This document shows, in pieces, positions 49,800-61,263 of a stretch of DNA of 64,000 nt (the first letter of the stretch is position 1; the number at the start of each line of letters is the position of its first letter). This stretch comes from Curvularia clavata (Eukaryota): contig CP089275.1 in the NCBI GenBank assembly GCA_023920165.1, forward strand, positions 4,154,001-4,218,000. Reading direction: 5' to 3'. Under the pieces are notes generated by a model, which was not told the DNA's origin, made no database searches, and saw only the letters and a program-made list of their open reading frames with translations. A program made the position numbers and the translations under genes.

Positions 49800-51552
49800 A
49801 TGGAAGAGAAAATTAACTCTGAGGCTTCGAATTCCGACGATATTTTGCCTCTGTCGTCTTCCTCAGAGGGCGGCATTGTACAAGATGCATCCGACACAGA
49901 CACAAAACAAGGCAACTCACCCGAGTCCGCACGCCCTTCCGAGTACCATGTCGACCTCGAGCTCGCCAGACAAAAGTCGAACATCGAATTCATGTCTCTG
50001 CCCCGCGAGTGTATATTCGTAACTCTGCTTTGCTCTGCACAGTTCGTCACTCAAATCGGTCTTGTCGGTACCATCAATATCCTCCACATCATCGGGTCAG
50101 ATCTAGGTATTACCGACCTAGGCGTCCTCGCATGGCTGATAGCAGGCTATTCACTGACAGTGGGTACTTTTATTCTGCTTTCCGGTCGCTGCGGGGACTT
50201 GTTCGGTTACAAGCCTATGCTTGTCATAGGGTACATTTGGTTTGCACTCTGGAACATCGTAGCGGGTTGCAGTGTGTACCTCGATGGAAGCCGAGGACAA
50301 ATCGTGTTTATTTTCTCCAGGGTGCTCGGCGGAATAGGCCCGGCAATCTTGCTACCCAATGCACTCGGTCTCCTTGGCGCCACGTATAGTGAGGGCCGAA
50401 GGAAGGATATGGTGTTTTCGCTATTCGGAGCATGTGCACCGGGTAAGTAGTAGACCCATCTTACCTGTATATATAACTATGCTGACATTAATTAGGTGGT
50501 GCTATTGTTGGGGGTACCTTTGCTGGACTATGGTCCCTCTTGTGGTGGCCATGGGCATTCTGGACCTTTGGTATCGCCCTATTTGCTCTCGCTGTCGCGT
50601 CAATACTCGTTCTCCCCTCAGTACCCTTGGACGAACATACTTCTAAGCTCTCATTGTGGGAGAAGTTTCAGGAGCTGGATCCGCTTGGGGCAACTGTCGG
50701 CATCACTGCTATGATCTTGTTTAATTTCGCTTGGAATCAAGCTCCCGGATTTGGTTGGGAACAGCCATACATTTATGCGACCTTGATCGTTGGCCTCTTG
50801 CTCTTCCCGGTGTTCTTTTGGATCGAGGCCAGGGTGTCCAAAAAACCACTCATTCCGTTCGCAGCTCTCAGCACCGATGTTACCTTTGTATTGACCTGCA
50901 TGGCATGCGGATGGGCTTCATTTGGTAAGTGTCTCTGAGTTGTATGAAAATTTATCGCACAAGACACTGACATATCAAAGGGATTTGGGTATACTATTTC
51001 CTCCAGTTCCTCCAACGGCTACGGGGCGACTCCCCGCTTATGACCATGGCGCACATATCACCTGTCGCTATATCGGGATTTATTGCAGCTGTCGTCTCGG
51101 GTCGTGTGATATCGCGCATTGGCCCAGGCTGGGTTATGTTCATCAGCATGTTGGCCTTCTTGACAGGCTGTATATTAATCGCAACGATGCCCGTTGATCA
51201 GACCTACTGGGCGCAAGCTTTTGTCACAACAGTGATTATTCCTTGGGGACAAGACATGAGTTTTCCCGCTGCTACTCTAATCATGAGTAACGCCGTGGCG
51301 AGGAGGCACCAAGGGATGGCGGCAAGCCTAGTCAACACGATAGTGAACTACAGCATCAGTATCGGCGTTGGGATTGCAGGGACAGTTGAGGTGTATATAA
51401 AAAATGGCAGGAACAGCCCAGAAGATGAGCTAAAAGGGTACCGCAGTGCATTTTATGTCGGGGTTGCACTAAGTGGACTAGGGGTTGTCACCAGTATGTT
51501 GTTCTTGGTAAAGATTTTTCTAAAGGGGGTGACAGCAGAGACTAAACTCTGA
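49800..51552 (+). CDS. MFS drug:H+ antiporter, DHA2 family (Atr1/YOR378W-like), 3 exons
   Basis: WLIAGYSLTVGTFILLSGRCGDLFGYK, GIGPAILLPN, FGACAPG, NFAWNQAP, WGQDMSFPAA, QGMAASLVNTIVNYSISIG. Confidence 0.92.
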
Positions 51553-52670
51553 GCGGTACACACGCTATACAAGACGCAGTCCTAGTTCATATGTCTTACT
51601 ATTGTAGTATATATATATACATATTTCCTGTTATCGGTTTTCACAGCTGGCTCGCCTACTGCAATTGGCCCATCAAAGTATCTCAAAATAACGGCAGGCC
51701 TGCCCTCACTCTACCGAAATGATAGTATTTGTTAACATCCAAAAGCTCACGGCAAAATTTTATATTCCAGATTGAATCATATAGAAGGATTTAGCTGTCT
51801 CACATCTGTTTTCCAACACTGGCGTAGTGAAGACGGCGCGTTTGGTCAACACGCTAACCCGAGAGGTTCTTTATGAGCGGATATACCAATCGTTCGCCTG
51901 ATCCAACGCCTATCTTCGCCCCTGTTGGCATTTCGTTATCTGCGGAACTGCTCTGTCCTACAGCAATTGTCGAAGACAGATTCGGGACGCTTGAAACGAA
52001 GGAAGAGAATAGTCCAATATATTGACTTATATGAAGATTCGATGTAGCGGATGAATGAACTTGGTGTAGCGGTTGGCGTTTTAAATGGAGCGTTAAATTC
52101 TGCTATAGCAACTGCACCGATACTGGATGAAGCGGTCAATGTTGTTGTCGCTATCCACGGGGGCATAGAACCTTAGCTGTACTTGTGCCAGGAGGTTCTC
52201 TTGGGTCCTACAGTGCCTCCCAGTTTGAGAAGGGTTTATACTTGCTACAACTATTTGAGAAATATATTGGAGATCGCTTGATAGTTACTTGCTGAATTGT
52301 GCGGCAACGACCAAGAAGAAGCATGCACTGCTCGAGAGCATCTTTCCCTAAGTTGTCTTCGAAAACCATGTAGTTATACTGAAATCCTAATCACCCAGTC
52401 TCAGTGTAAAGAAGTTTGCAGACATACTTGAGGTGGTTATGTTCGCGAACAGAACGTGTGCGTGTTGTTGACATTCTACAAAACGAATATTGAAGAAAGC
52501 ATCTAGTGCGCCACAGGCTTTTTTAAAGGCCTACTTCTGTCTGCTCCTGAGGAACATCTTGCTTCTATCGCCGATAGTCAATATATGTACCATTCGGGTT
52601 GTGCAAATGGCCGCTCTGCTCTAGTACTACTGATTGCATCCTTAAAAGACCATCGCCATCGACTGCAGTC

Positions 52671-53685
52671 TTACAACACAAGCATTACCGTCGCCACCAC
52701 ACCAGCCGCCCATCCCACCATCTTCGCACTAATATTAACCCCGGAACTCTCCCACGGCGTCTCTTGCGCTGGTACACGGCTTCCTCCCACTGTCTTGTTC
52801 GCAGTCATACACACGAACTCGACGCGGCTTTGGATCAAACTCGATTCTGGGTCAACGAATCGTCCCAGTATGACGAGTGGTATCGTCTGGCGCGTTAAGA
52901 GATCATACGTCTTGTTCGCATCCATATTGACGTCGATAGCATTGGACACTTCGACGCCTATGGCTGTCCCGAACGTGCTGTAATTGTCTGGTATCTGTAC
53001 CTCGGGCATGTTGGTGTAGGCGCACGTGCTGTTGGTCACGTCGAGGAACTTGGAGTCTGTGTCAACTCATTAGCTGGCTGTACAAAAGGTGCAAGTCTCG
53101 AGTCACAAGTCAGTAGTATATGTTCTCTGCGGGTGGAAAATAAAAGAAAGGGCATAAGGGGGGCTTATACAAGGACCACGGATGGAACGTACTGTGTGAA
53201 CCGCCTTTCAACATTGGACACGCCTCGTTGAACGTTTGTGATGTTGAACCAGTCTCAGCGTACGGACAGTAATATGTCGAATCACTCAGTACTTTAGTCA
53301 GGTGGTCAATACAGACCGAGCTGATCACACCGCTACAGCTGTTCTGCCCTCCGGGCTCTAACGTCGCATTGATGTTGGTGTATTGGTAGCTGCAGATCTC
53401 GGTGCCATTGGGCACGTTTCCAGGTACGGAGATGTAAGTATCTGCCCTGACGTCGTTCGTATGGTTCCATTCTGTCCCTCGAGATCCGACAAGGACAGAG
53501 ACATACCACGGGTCGTCGTTGGCGTAGGAGGAATTCCAAGTGAATTCGTGCCGGCCAGTTGAGTTCACGGTCCTGAATTCCTGGCGATAACCTTGGCAAG
53601 AGGAATTTTGCGCATTGACAAACGCTGTCGTGAGAAGTCCTAATATTGTAAAGAGCAGCAACTTTGGGTTTTCAGATGTCCACAT
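52671..53685 (-). CDS. Secreted Cys-containing hypothetical protein with probable GPI-anchor signal, 2 exons
   Basis: Hydrophobic signal peptide (LLLFTILGLLTTAFVNA), several Cys and N-x-S/T sequons, C-terminal SSG..AKMVGWAAGVVATVMLVL; intron 53192-53057 joins the two ORFs in frame. Confidence 0.8.
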
Positions 53686-54324
53686 ATTAACGCAGCATAA
53701 GGAAAAAGCCTTATGTGATTATTTGTACATACTTACGGGGATACATTTATACATATTTCAGTGTATGTGGGAGTTAGATACTGTATTGGAATGACGCACT
53801 AGCCAAGAGCAATGACGTCCATCTTAGCTCTCTGATTTACCAATTTCTACGGTATTGTGGTGAAAATCAGCCTGATTGACAGAATTCGGCATTCTGTACC
53901 CGTCCAAGCGAATATTGTGTAACAGTAAATCCATGCCGCGATTAGGCACCCCGCAGCTGACTGTGTCGTATTACAACACATAATGAACGGTATTGCGGCA
54001 CACATCCATGTGAACAAGGGTGCTCTTTCCTTGGCTGCAAGCGCAACGAAGGAGCGACGATATCTAACATAGTTAGCTGGGCACCAAGTGCTTGGCCCCT
54101 GTTGGTCCACGTGAGCCAAAACATGAAGAATACACATTTCAGAGTTTGTAAAGCACATCGACACTAATACTTCAACGATCAGCTTCATATTATGCAGATT
54201 TTCACTAGTCTATAAGATTCAATCCCTGTAGTACTATGATTGATCTTGTGTACATATATGGACAACTAGCGGGGCTGTATAATACAATGAGATATGCAAT
54301 AACCTGAATGATCCTTCGTGTATT

Positions 54325-57300
54325 CTATTGACCTGAGCGACGAGGGGAGCAGAGAATGGGAGCACCGTGCATGGTGATTAGTGATGCAAAGGCTTGCTCA
54401 CGCTCTCCAAACTGCTTCTTCCACTCATCACAGACGCCTTGTTGAAGAGTGTCCACCTCCGACCTCGTCCACTCTCGACCTGGCCGAGTCCAAGACACCT
54501 CGAGTTGGTGTCTTAACAAGTTTATTTTATACTTAGTCGATTCAAATGCAGCTAGTAGAATCAATGTCAGCAAGTTCAATTTATCAATGTGCCCTTGGCT
54601 TACACTTTTGATCGTCCCCAACATTGTACCATGCCTTCACCTTCATGCGGTCCTCGACATATTTGCGTTGCTCTTGGAATAATCTCAATCCAGAGAAGTG
54701 TAGCTCTCGACCACGTAGGCAGAAATAGCCATGCATCCACACTAATTCGAATGAATGATATATTTCTGTATGTGCGGCGATCCAAGGTTGCTGCAGGAGG
54801 TTTTTCGCAACCATGATGCGTTCTTCATCATTATCGTCTGACCCATCGCTCTGCAGGAGCACTGGCTCTGAGAACTTCATCATTAATCACCTATCAAACT
54901 GGTTTGGTGTCTTACCTTCATCAAATCCCCATGGCTCAAGCTCAAACCGCGTAGTTACTCTTTCTAAGAACTCCTGGAGTTCGGACTTGGGCATAAACCT
55001 CGCTGGAAGCATTCGAGAACTGTTCAAGTCAGAGTTGACTTATAGGGGAAATTGAAGCTCATGGGCTCTTACCGATGGAGAATTCCTTGTAGCTCAGATT
55101 CATGCAAGGCTCCATCTTCACGCATAATTCTGTACCAGGCGGCGACCTGTTGACGATGCATATTGAGGTCGGAATGGAGATAGTCACTATCATGAACCTG
55201 CTCTTTACTCTCGCCAGAACTACTGAATGGATTTCCTCCGGGCCTCTGGATTCGAAGAGTGATTTCGAAAGACCAAACAAGGTTATCAATCATCGTCTTG
55301 TTCTGTTGTACCTCGTTGTATGGCAATCTTCTGGGTGGTTCCATATTTTCAACGTAGCTTTTGAAGACTCGCAGCGCTGTGAAATTTCCATGAGCGGCTG
55401 CACTGTGCGCGGCTCCCAGCCTTCCTGGTCTACGTTCACTTAGGCGCGAGTACTCCGGGTAGTGAGTCAAGAGAAGCCTGACCAATTCCGCTCGCTTCTG
55501 ATCAGAGGCTCCATCTTTTTAACCGATTATTACCAATTATTGTTTCAAGAAAATAGATCTACACATACTTTGCAATGGCCCGCCAACAGCTAACGCGAGC
55601 AATGTGTTCCCAAGCCCATCCATGAATCTTGGCTTGGGGCTAAGATTGAGGAGGTACTCAACATGTGATTTGTCCACAAGTCCTTGATGATTGGAAAGGA
55701 CGATGATCGCTCCCGTAAGGGTATATTGACCTAGACCTGGTATTGAATCATATTCAAGCGCGTATCTTTTTCGTAATTCTTCGGCAACTATTCGATCTTG
55801 TAAGTATCCATCCGTCAACAAAAGAGCAAACACTGTAAACCCTGATGAGTTACTCAGCTCAAGTATCTCTCTCACGTAGTGGCCATCCTTGACGGATGAA
55901 GTGGCCTCTAGGAATTCTACCATTCGAGGAATCATTTCAGGAAAAAATTGAGCAGCGTAGTGGAGACAATTACCACCCTCAATTGGGTCTAGCATATTGA
56001 CGTCTCTCTTGAGAAGAGCTTCGACGGTTGGTCTATTTCGACTGTCGAGTGCCGATCGCAGCATATCAGGTGACAATTTCTCCGAAACACCTGTCTCAAT
56101 GTCAAGAAGCGCTTCAACCAGGTGACCTCGTCCACTGATGATTGCTAATCTCAAAGGAGTGATATTTTCGTCTGAGTATTTGGACTGTCTCAGAACTTCC
56201 ACGACGTCTGGCCCTACAATGAGGCTCAACGTCTCTCGGAGTTTTTGTTCGAAATTTGATCCCGCCTCACACATCAGTCGAAACTTTGTATAGCGCGCTA
56301 AGTTTCTGAAAGCGTGTGCTTTGGCTTTAGAGACTTCAGACGTGGGCACTTTTGCCAGCATTTGCTTTAGCAGCTCGTAATTCAAAGTACTAGCACATTT
56401 CGAGATTGGCGTTATGGTGTCCAGGTTGTTGGGAGTTCTAAAATTTGGGTCCGCTCCCCAATCCAGCAGAAATTGTACTGCAGTCCCCTGGGAGTAATCG
56501 AACGCCGCCAATGCCGCTAGCAGCGGCGTTATGTTGGCGTCTGATCCCTCGTTGACGTCTACTCCATTTTCTATCGCCCATTTTCCAATATCTTCCACCT
56601 CGGAAGGCTCTGCAAACCGACTTAGAAAGTGAAAGATACCAAATCCCATTCGATCTCTAAAGCAGGGATCAGCCCCATGATATCGGAGCTTGGTGACCAT
56701 ATCATAGTATCCGAGATAGCACGCAATCCAGAGTGGCGAGAACCCTGGCGTGTTACCGATCTCATCCACGCTCGCTGAGAGGTCCTTTAGAAGAAGATCG
56801 ACCATGCATTCGTCTCGATTGCAGACAGCAATTTGCAACAGCGTGAAACCTGACTCGTTTGGTTGATCAAGGCAACCGTGTTGTCTGATCTGTTGGATGA
56901 GTGGTGGTCTCTCCAGATCTGTAAGTCTGCCTGAACCATACATATTGTATGACAGAATGGCGGAGTCATATACTGCTTTGCTATCTTCATTAGAAAATTT
57001 CTCCAACAGGGCGACATGAAGTATATGGGGCAGGATGCAGATCAATTCCCGCGTTTTTTCCTCCTGGGACACACTTGCGAAGTGTTCTGGACATTCCCGA
57101 GCCCAGGTCTTGGCGGCGAGTATCTTGTAATTAATGGTATCAAGATCATCAGGATTAAGTTGAACCATTTTCGTCCCTGCAATCCAAGTTAAGTATGCGT
57201 CTTTCAGCTTTTGTGCGACCGATTCGATTGTGCCAGGAGGACTCTCGTTGCCAATGGAGTGAAACACATTCACAGCGCAAGCAATCGCTTCTTCACACCC

Positions 57301-58958
57301 TTTCTTTATCGCGTCGGTGAGGTACTTTGCTCCAAGGTCGGATGCGTCCGACATTGTACTATTGAAAGCTGCTGCTGCAAGCTCAAAAGTTGCCCGGCCC
57401 GATTGGTCATCGCCGTTACGAATTTGTTGTTCCAAACTATTAATCACTTCTATGGAAGTCTCACGCTGGACAGCAGCAGATCGGAACATTGTCTCACATG
57501 CGATCTAATTCATCAGCAATAGGATCGCAACAGTAAATCTCGGTGCTTACATCAGGAGTAGTTTTGATTGGCCTTACACGAAGCTCTGCCCCGCGTATAT
57601 CAGCTTCAGAGGATATAAGTACAGGGAAGGGACTCGGCGCTATTTTTTCGTACCAGAGAACGGTTCCGCCAACAGGACGAGAGCGATCTCGGCTTGGAAA
57701 GGGCAGCAGTACGGCTCTGCGGCAGTTAGCCTTCGACAGCTCGATGCCGACATGCTATTACTTACTGGTTGTCCATCAAGTCGGAGTCGAGATCCCACAT
57801 TAAGATAAACATCATGGTCGTCCGGACGATGTGGTGCGCGGCAGCAATGTGGCAACGTTCTTCTGTCTTTGGAGTCAGGCACTGAGACAACAGACTGTCT
57901 AGACATGGCTCTGTGGAAGAGTCCAGTGAGTTTTGCGCTGAAATTTCCAGTATCAAAACTTTGAAGCAGGAATTGTCCTCGAGTGGATTTGCCGTTTTCA
58001 TCGCCAGTATCGCATCTCTTGACTGCTCCGGGAAGAGTTCTCGACCATTCAGCATGATGCTCGCGCTGAGCAAGCCAAAGCTATAAACATCAACAAGAGC
58101 TAGATCGCTGAGAGGGATGGGCTGTTTCAAGTCTATCTCAGGTGCCATCCATGGTTCGGTTCCCAATCGGTCTTGGAACGTCCGCTCTGAAAGGTAGTCT
58201 GCTGCAATTACTGAGAAGCCAAAATCGCAGATCTTCACATTGATCGGCCTGATACCCCTGAGATCGAGGTCTTGGAGGTCAGGGTCGTCAAAAACAAGGA
58301 CATTCTGAGGCTTGAGATCACAATGGACGACGCCGTTTGCATGAAGGTATCCTAGACCAACGGCGATCTGGTGCATGATGTGAAGTTTCCCAACCGCCGA
58401 AATTGTTTCCGTTGCGCGTAAGTATTGTTGCAAATTACCATAAGGAGCACCTTCGAGGAGCATCTGTGGCCAGAACCGTCCTTGAACCTCGACCTTGTGC
58501 CACGAAATAGCCAGTAACCGAATAATATTTCGTGATTTCCGAATACTCTTATTCGCCAGAATACGGAGTTCGTTTGTGATAGCAGCCAAAGCACTCGTAT
58601 CGTCTTTCCTATCTTGTGGCTGATTCCTTGGATTTATCCTTTTCATTACATAATCCTTCAAGTCAATTCTATCTCTAGGAGATTGTTTGTTAAACCATTC
58701 TGGGCGCACGTAATTGATAAAATCTGTTGCGAGTGATGCATTCAGGTGGTCGGATGACCTTTCCACCGCGAAAGAAAACCCGGTACCAGTATTAAAAACA
58801 CCAGAACCAGCTTTCACACTGTGTCGCTGTGCGAGAATGGGAACTCCTAATGCCAAAGCAACAGCAAAAAACTCGGCTTGCCTGGTGACAGTCCCGTGGG
58901 GTCGGCTGAGTATTTCCGACTCAGGTTCAGCCTCGCTGTAAAGGTCATAGTCTGCCAT
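54325..58958 (-). CDS. Protein kinase with Sel1-like and ankyrin repeats and an unassigned C-terminal region, 7 exons, ~1,440 aa
   Basis: Kinase motifs GTGFSFAV, VMKR, NELRIL, HCDLKPQNVL, DFG, GTEPWMAPE, DVYSFGLL. Ankyrins SGFTLLQIAV, GFSPLWIAC..HGADP, NITPLLAAL..WGADPN, ITPLRLAII. Six GT-AG introns (donors near 57765, 57550, 55568, 55072, 54916, 54603) each keep the frame. Confidence 0.85.
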
Positions 58959-59325
58959 TACGGTTAACAATTGCTCTGAGTCGTCCAGGTATCGATACAC
59001 AATTGTAATGATCCAGTTGTGCAGTACATGGATCAGCGGGCTATTAAATTCCCAAGGAATGAAGATTGTTAAGAGGAAGTACAGCTGCAGGCGACGTGTT
59101 CAGCTGATGATAGCATTATTGGTGGCTTGCAGGAGCTGAGGCAGACTACACCAATGAGTGAGAACCGACATGACATGACTGCGGTTCAAGATTGCCCCAC
59201 TAAAAGGGAGAAGGTATAAGAGCCTCCTGAAAGCCCAATCCAAAGTGCATGTAGTTTCAGGCGTTTACAAGACCTCCATAATCAACTTTGCCAAAGACTA
59301 CTCTTCCCCAAAAAAGACTGCGACA
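58959..59325. promoter_or_regulatory. Putative bidirectional promoter shared by the kinase-ankyrin and HeLo-pseudokinase genes
   Basis: 367 bp between divergent ATGs; TATAAG-like element near 59215; otherwise inferred from geometry. Confidence 0.55.
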
Positions 59326-61136
59326 ATGACGAGTCTGGAGATACCTGCTTTCATCGTAGGACTCTCCGGACTTGCGGCCGTATTTGACAAGAGCTGCGCA
59401 ATCTGGCGGACCATCCGCGAAGCAGAAAATTTTGGTGAAGATGTAGCAGACCGCCTCAGAATTCTGGAAATGGAGATTTTTAGGTTCCAAACGTGGTGGG
59501 AAGCGCTCGAAAAGCTTGCAGTCCAGGTAGCTAGGTTCTGAACCGTCGTTGGCCATAGTGTGACCACTCATCTCCGCATCAGAACCCTCCCGTCAAATCC
59601 AAGACGATCCCATCTACGCTCTTAGGCTCTATACTAGCCAACCAACTCCGCGATAATCTTGAGCACCCTATCACAAATGCAGCATCTCAGATTTCGAAGC
59701 TGCTGAATGATGTTCAGACAATCCTAATCGATCAAGGTGTTCTGCGGGCCACAGTCGGGTCCCAACTGTTCAATGCACAAGCGGCTCAAAATCCCAAGAC
59801 ACTTGATGAAGACCTAGAAAATTCACATTCTAGGAGGAGAAAGCTTGCGAAGGATTTGATGACTTCAATATCGTGGTGGAAGAGAGTACAATACGATGCA
59901 AAGCCTTGGGATGAGTCAGTGAAGTCAGCTCTGGCGTCCAAGTTGCAAGACATTGCGTACTGGAATCGTGCTCTATATGATATACTTCCCAGTCGAACAC
60001 GAGATAGTATTCTCAGCCAGGGCATATCCGCCTACATTCTATCAGATCCTCAGGAGGCTAGTAGTGTTTCGAAATTGAAGCAGGACGTCGTCAGCGAGAC
60101 TGCCAAGTTGTTGGTGTCCAGGAGACAGTTGTTGGGGAAATCGGGAGACCCACCCAACACCAAACAACTGGCAAAGGTTACTTTGGCACAAGATAAATTC
60201 GGTTCTGTTCCTACCATACTCCCAGACTCCAAAGTGTCTTTCCTTGATAGTGGGAATCAGAGATTCCTTGTCGAGTGGTACCCGTTTCCAAACCATGGCG
60301 GGTATAGCGACTATGAATCAATTCTAGCACTTGCCGAGGAAAGACTCAAGTGTCTTTCGCTACTATTGCAAGAGGAAACTAAGCCGTCTACACTCATAGC
60401 TTTGACCTCTCAAGGCTGCTTTCGCTGCGACTCTCTCCGCGCCTTTGGTTTAGTCAGCGTGCTACCGCCAGAAATATCAAACACGCACTCTCCAATCCTC
60501 CTACACGATCTTCTCCAACGAAAATTTGAAGATCCAAGTACCAATTCTCATTTCTTGCCGACTCTGAGTCAGAGATTTACCATCGCATCATCTTTGGCTA
60601 GTAGTCTTTACACATTCATGCTGGCACGGTGGCATCATAAACGATTCAACTCCCAGAGTGTCTTGTTTACTCACATGATGGAGAGTCAACTACCGGACCT
60701 CACGAAGCCTCTCGTGTGCGGTTATAGCGTTTCCCGACCTTCTCATCCTGAGCAGATTTCGTTACTAGGTCCCTCGGATGAGGAGCAAGACCTGTACCTT
60801 CATCCTGATCTACGACAGAATGCTAGTACCAGGCCAAAGTACCAGAGGGAGCACGAGATCTACGCTTTCGGTCTGCTCTTGGTTGAAATTGGATTTTGGA
60901 ATACCTTGGCGAGGATAGCAACGACAAAGGATCAAAAGGCGGCTTCTAGATCTGGCGGAGATCTGCGGGACTTTCTTATCAAGAAGTGCACAACGGAGAT
61001 GGCATGCTGGATGGGATCGAGATTCCAGGATGTAACGCTGCGCTGTCTCAAAGCTGGACATAGTTACCAACAGAGTTGTGGTTTCGATAAGAATGACTTT
61101 TACTGGGACGTAGTATTAGAGTTGGCAGAATGTTAG
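59326..61136 (+). CDS. HeLo (prion-inhibition and propagation) domain plus kinase-like pseudokinase protein, 2 exons, ~584 aa
   Basis: N-terminal MTSLEIPAFIVGLSGLAAVF..AENFGED..LEMEIFRFQTWWE (HeLo pattern). Intron 59527-59582 is in frame. C-terminal LVEW, PTLSQRFTIA, WHHKRFNSQSVLF, GYSVSRP, LYLHPD, EIYAFGLLLVEIGFW, MG..F..V..RCL. Confidence 0.85.
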
Positions 61137-61263
61137 ATTTAGTTCCAATAAGTTGTTTTATTCTAGACTGGATTAGTCTATATCAGGCTAAGTTCCTATC
61201 ATTTCACCGAGTATTATTTAAAGATTAGATGTTTTAATAGATAGATTGTTCATGCGCATAACG

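Noticed and set aside
51936..52166. 76-aa minus-strand ORF
   Set aside because: No motif or supporting exon structure.
54325..61136. Amyloid signalling motif (HET-s PFD or RHIM-like) or NACHT/NB-ARC domain in the kinase/HeLo pair
   Set aside because: No G/N/Q-rich pseudo-repeat at either terminus and no Walker A P-loop was seen, so a classical NLR-amyloid system is not supported.
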